Below are positions 62,992-64,000 of a DNA stretch of 64,000 nucleotides, one piece after another; the stretch's first letter is position 1; every line of letters starts with the position of its first letter. Below the pieces are notes generated by a model that had not been told where the DNA came from, did not search any database, and saw only the letters and a program-made list of their open reading frames with translations. This stretch comes from Candidatus Lloydbacteria bacterium RIFCSPHIGHO2_02_FULL_50_18. Its GTDB lineage: Bacteria; Patescibacteriota; Minisyncoccia; Phycocordibacterales; UBA6899. The position numbers and the translations under genes are program-made. The DNA lies in the NCBI GenBank assembly GCA_001821395.1, contig MHLM01000006.1, positions 9,733 through 73,732 on the forward strand, read 5' to 3'.

Positions 62992-63999
62992 TTAGAAGCC
63001 GGGATTGTTCGTACAATAAAGCGCGTGCGTTGCGTAATTGCGTGTTGAGATATATGATTTTGCTCCTCCATTACACACGGTGTGTGCACTATCTTCGTAT
63101 AAACATTCCCATCGCTGAACTGCAGCTCCGCTGCAGCTTGTGTCACTTGCACAGTCTGCGCTCGCTGCACAGGCTCCAAAACCCCCGTTGTAGCCCGCTG
63201 CGATATTGCGCACGCTTGTTCCGCATACTGATTTTGACACCGCATCAAGGTATGCCGCCCCAAGACAGATCGCTTTCGGCCAGTTTGCCTCTGCAGCGAG
63301 CCACCCACAGGTCATGGTCGTTGTAATGCCGCATTTTGCTCGATATTTATTTGCATTCGTCACTGAGACCTGCATCGGTCCGCACGATGCTCCGCCATCA
63401 CCAACGACATTGATTCCGCAGCTTGATTCGTTCATGATGATCGCTTTTATCAATGCGGCACTAGCCCCGCCACCGATCGTTGCAGCGGCACTGGCCGCCA
63501 TTCCCGCGAGTTTTGCACAGTTTGGATTGGTGCATGGTTGATAAAGAGGTTCGCAAAGGTTCATTCCCGTTTGTGTGCAGGTGATACCTGTCGTTGTTGG
63601 TGGTGCAGTCGAGGCTGGAGGAGGGGGTGGAGGCGAACCCGCTTTTATCTCATAGCAACCGCTCAATATGGTGTAATGCGCCGGATCAGCCTGGAATTGA
63701 GCGTGAAGCTTGTTACACATCTCTCCAGTCAGACTTTTGGAGAAACGCTTATCCCCGGTCAATACGGAGCCGTATTTAAAGTACCAACCGGGTGCCGTTG
63801 GATTCGCCTCTATGACAGGCGCTCCGACTACCGCCGCCGGTGTTGGTAGCGCACCAAGATTCATATCGCTCTTCAGCAGGTCCGCATTGATCGTATTCAA
63901 AATGATCCATGACCCCGCCGCAAGCAAGAGTCCCAGTATGGCATTCGTGATGCACTCTTTCGATGCACTCTTCTGTGACACTGACGGAGATCCTATCAT
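62992..63999 (-). CDS. Secreted Cys-rich protein with lysozyme-like (GH23 lytic transglycosylase-type) motif
   Basis: N-terminal TM/signal. Pro-rich linker SPPPPPPASTAPPTTTG. ..IMNESSCGINVVGDGGASCGPMQVS.. resembles the E-S...G-L/P-M-Q catalytic signature. Start at 63999 is 1 nt from the window end. Confidence 0.45.
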   Translation of the reverse strand: MIGSPSVSQKSASKECITNAILGLLLAAGSWIILNTINADLLKSDMNLGALPTPAAVVGAPVIEANPTAPGWYFKYGSVLTGDKRFSKSLTGEMCNKLHAQFQADPAHYTILSGCYEIKAGSPPPPPPASTAPPTTTGITCTQTGMNLCEPLYQPCTNPNCAKLAGMAASAAATIGGGASAALIKAIIMNESSCGINVVGDGGASCGPMQVSVTNANKYRAKCGITTTMTCGWLAAEANWPKAICLGAAYLDAVSKSVCGTSVRNIAAGYNGGFGACAASADCASDTSCSGAAVQRWECLYEDSAHTVCNGGAKSYISTRNYATHALYCTNNPGF

Positions 64000-64000
64000 T

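Overview
This is a bacterial chromosomal segment, about 48-50% GC by eye, that contains the replication origin. The origin neighbourhood is rpmH-rnpA-yidD-yidC-jag next to dnaA-dnaN, with DnaA-box clusters on both sides of dnaA. I called eight tRNAs by manual folding: His-GUG, Leu-CAG, Leu-GAG, Arg-UCU, Val-UAC, Ser-UGA, Arg-GCG and Lys-UUU. Housekeeping genes include prkA-yeaH-spoVR, rplS, rpsT, polA, gmk, ald, uppS, tyrS, a PBP1A gene, a MurE-like Mur ligase, ruvA, ruvB, ruvC, ruvX, tsaE, and type IV pilus genes pilMNO and pilB. The first ~11.7 kb looks like a defence or mobile island. Its minus-strand operon is XRE-hsdM-hsdM-hsdS-hsdR, a Type I restriction-modification (R-M) system with two divergent HsdM paralogues. 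hsdR runs off the window start, which is why the ORF track misses it. A large serine recombinase follows, and then the most interesting locus in the window. That locus is a translationally coupled four-gene operon: a ThiS/MoaD-like ubiquitin-like protein ending in a single Gly, a cysteine-free UBC/UEV-like protein, a JAB(MPN)-E1(ThiF) fusion, and a small 4-TM membrane protein. A CapH/CapP-like HTH plus ImmA/IrrE metallopeptidase pair sits divergently upstream, and tRNA-His bounds the region. By architecture this resembles Bil/6E-type bacterial ubiquitin-like conjugation defence systems, but with an unusual domain arrangement. Other notable elements: a REP-associated tyrosine transposase (RAYT) flanked by 21-nt REP palindromes, with a third REP copy near polA; a MITE-like nested inverted-repeat element; a promoter-to-terminator small RNA gene that may be SRP RNA; partial tRNA duplications flanking tRNA-Val and tRNA-Lys; two noncoding tandem-repeat loci; and an apparent +1 frameshift in a G-run inside rpmH. 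Every assignment rests on motifs I recognised by reading and translating the sequence. No database searches were run.
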